Shown: piece after piece, positions 7,992 to 8,184 of the stretch
Position numbering within the stretch: the first letter of the stretch is position 1
Layout: each line of letters begins with the position of its first letter
DNA from: Azolla caroliniana
Taxonomy: Eukaryota; Plantae; Polypodiophyta
Length of the DNA stretch: 8,184 nucleotides
Direction of reading: 5' to 3'
Assembly (NCBI GenBank): GCA_043228905.1
Contig: JBHGNT010001457.1
Span: 1 to 8,184 of the forward strand
Program-made: the position numbers and the translations under genes
Notes under the pieces: model-generated
What the model was told of the DNA's origin: nothing
The model's database searches: none
What the model saw: only the letters and a program-made list of their open reading frames with translations

Positions 7992-8184
7992 TGTGTTAAT
8001 CCTTAGGGCCGGACAATGGCCTAACACAGGGTGTCTACGGAAGACACTTCACCAAAGGGGTGTTACGGCGAGATAACTTAAGACACAACGATTAATCCGA
8101 CTTAATTGGCTTCTTAGCAATATGGCATTCACTTAATACACACATAAGATATAACAATTAATACAGAACGGTAATCAATACGTG
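7992..8184 (-). repeat. 3' portion (U5 side) of the 5' LTR
   Basis: The minus strand reads ...GATTAACACA|GTTTT|TGGCGACCAC, so a terminal CA sits 5 nt before the PBS (an alternative CA ends at 7994). The region is non-coding. The partner LTR is not in the window, so the repeat cannot be confirmed here. Confidence 0.7.

Larger units (their letters stand above)
1..8184 (-). mobile_element. Degenerate Ty3/Gypsy LTR retrotransposon (non-chromovirus, Athila/Tat/Phygy/Selgy-like) carrying an extra 3' ORF; cut by both window edges
   Basis: The domain order Gag-PR-RT-RH-INT on the minus strand is the Ty3/Gypsy order. A PBS and an LTR end lie upstream. The integrase tail (WTGPY...VNRFQLKPY) has no chromodomain. 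The RT N-terminus (FAWSYEDMRGLDP...HQI) and the FLDD motif resemble plant non-chromoviruses. The lineage is recalled family similarity, not a database search. Confidence 0.96.

Overview
The whole window is one decayed Ty3/Gypsy LTR retrotransposon on the minus strand. It is a non-chromovirus type (Athila/Tat/Phygy/Selgy-like) and probably comes from a land plant, possibly a non-seed plant; the host and lineage are inference. Reading from 8184 leftwards: the 3' part of the 5' LTR (ending CA at about 7992), a tRNA-Arg-like primer binding site (7977-7986), and a gag-pol pseudogene in the order Gag, zinc knuckles, protease, RT, RNase H, integrase, GPY/F (about 7938 to 2256). The gag-pol has 13 premature stops and at least 3 frameshifts by manual reading. 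After an AT-rich spacer of about 410 bp there is a hidden extra ORF. Five fragments in the ORF track join into one frameshift-free frame, 1842 to 10 (about 610 codons), broken only by nine TAG/TAA stops. It has its own TATA box and initiator, and encodes a 4x basic N-terminal repeat, a long coiled coil, and an acidic/poly-Q tail with no obvious transmembrane segment. The polypurine tract and 3' LTR lie outside the window. CCGG is strikingly frequent.
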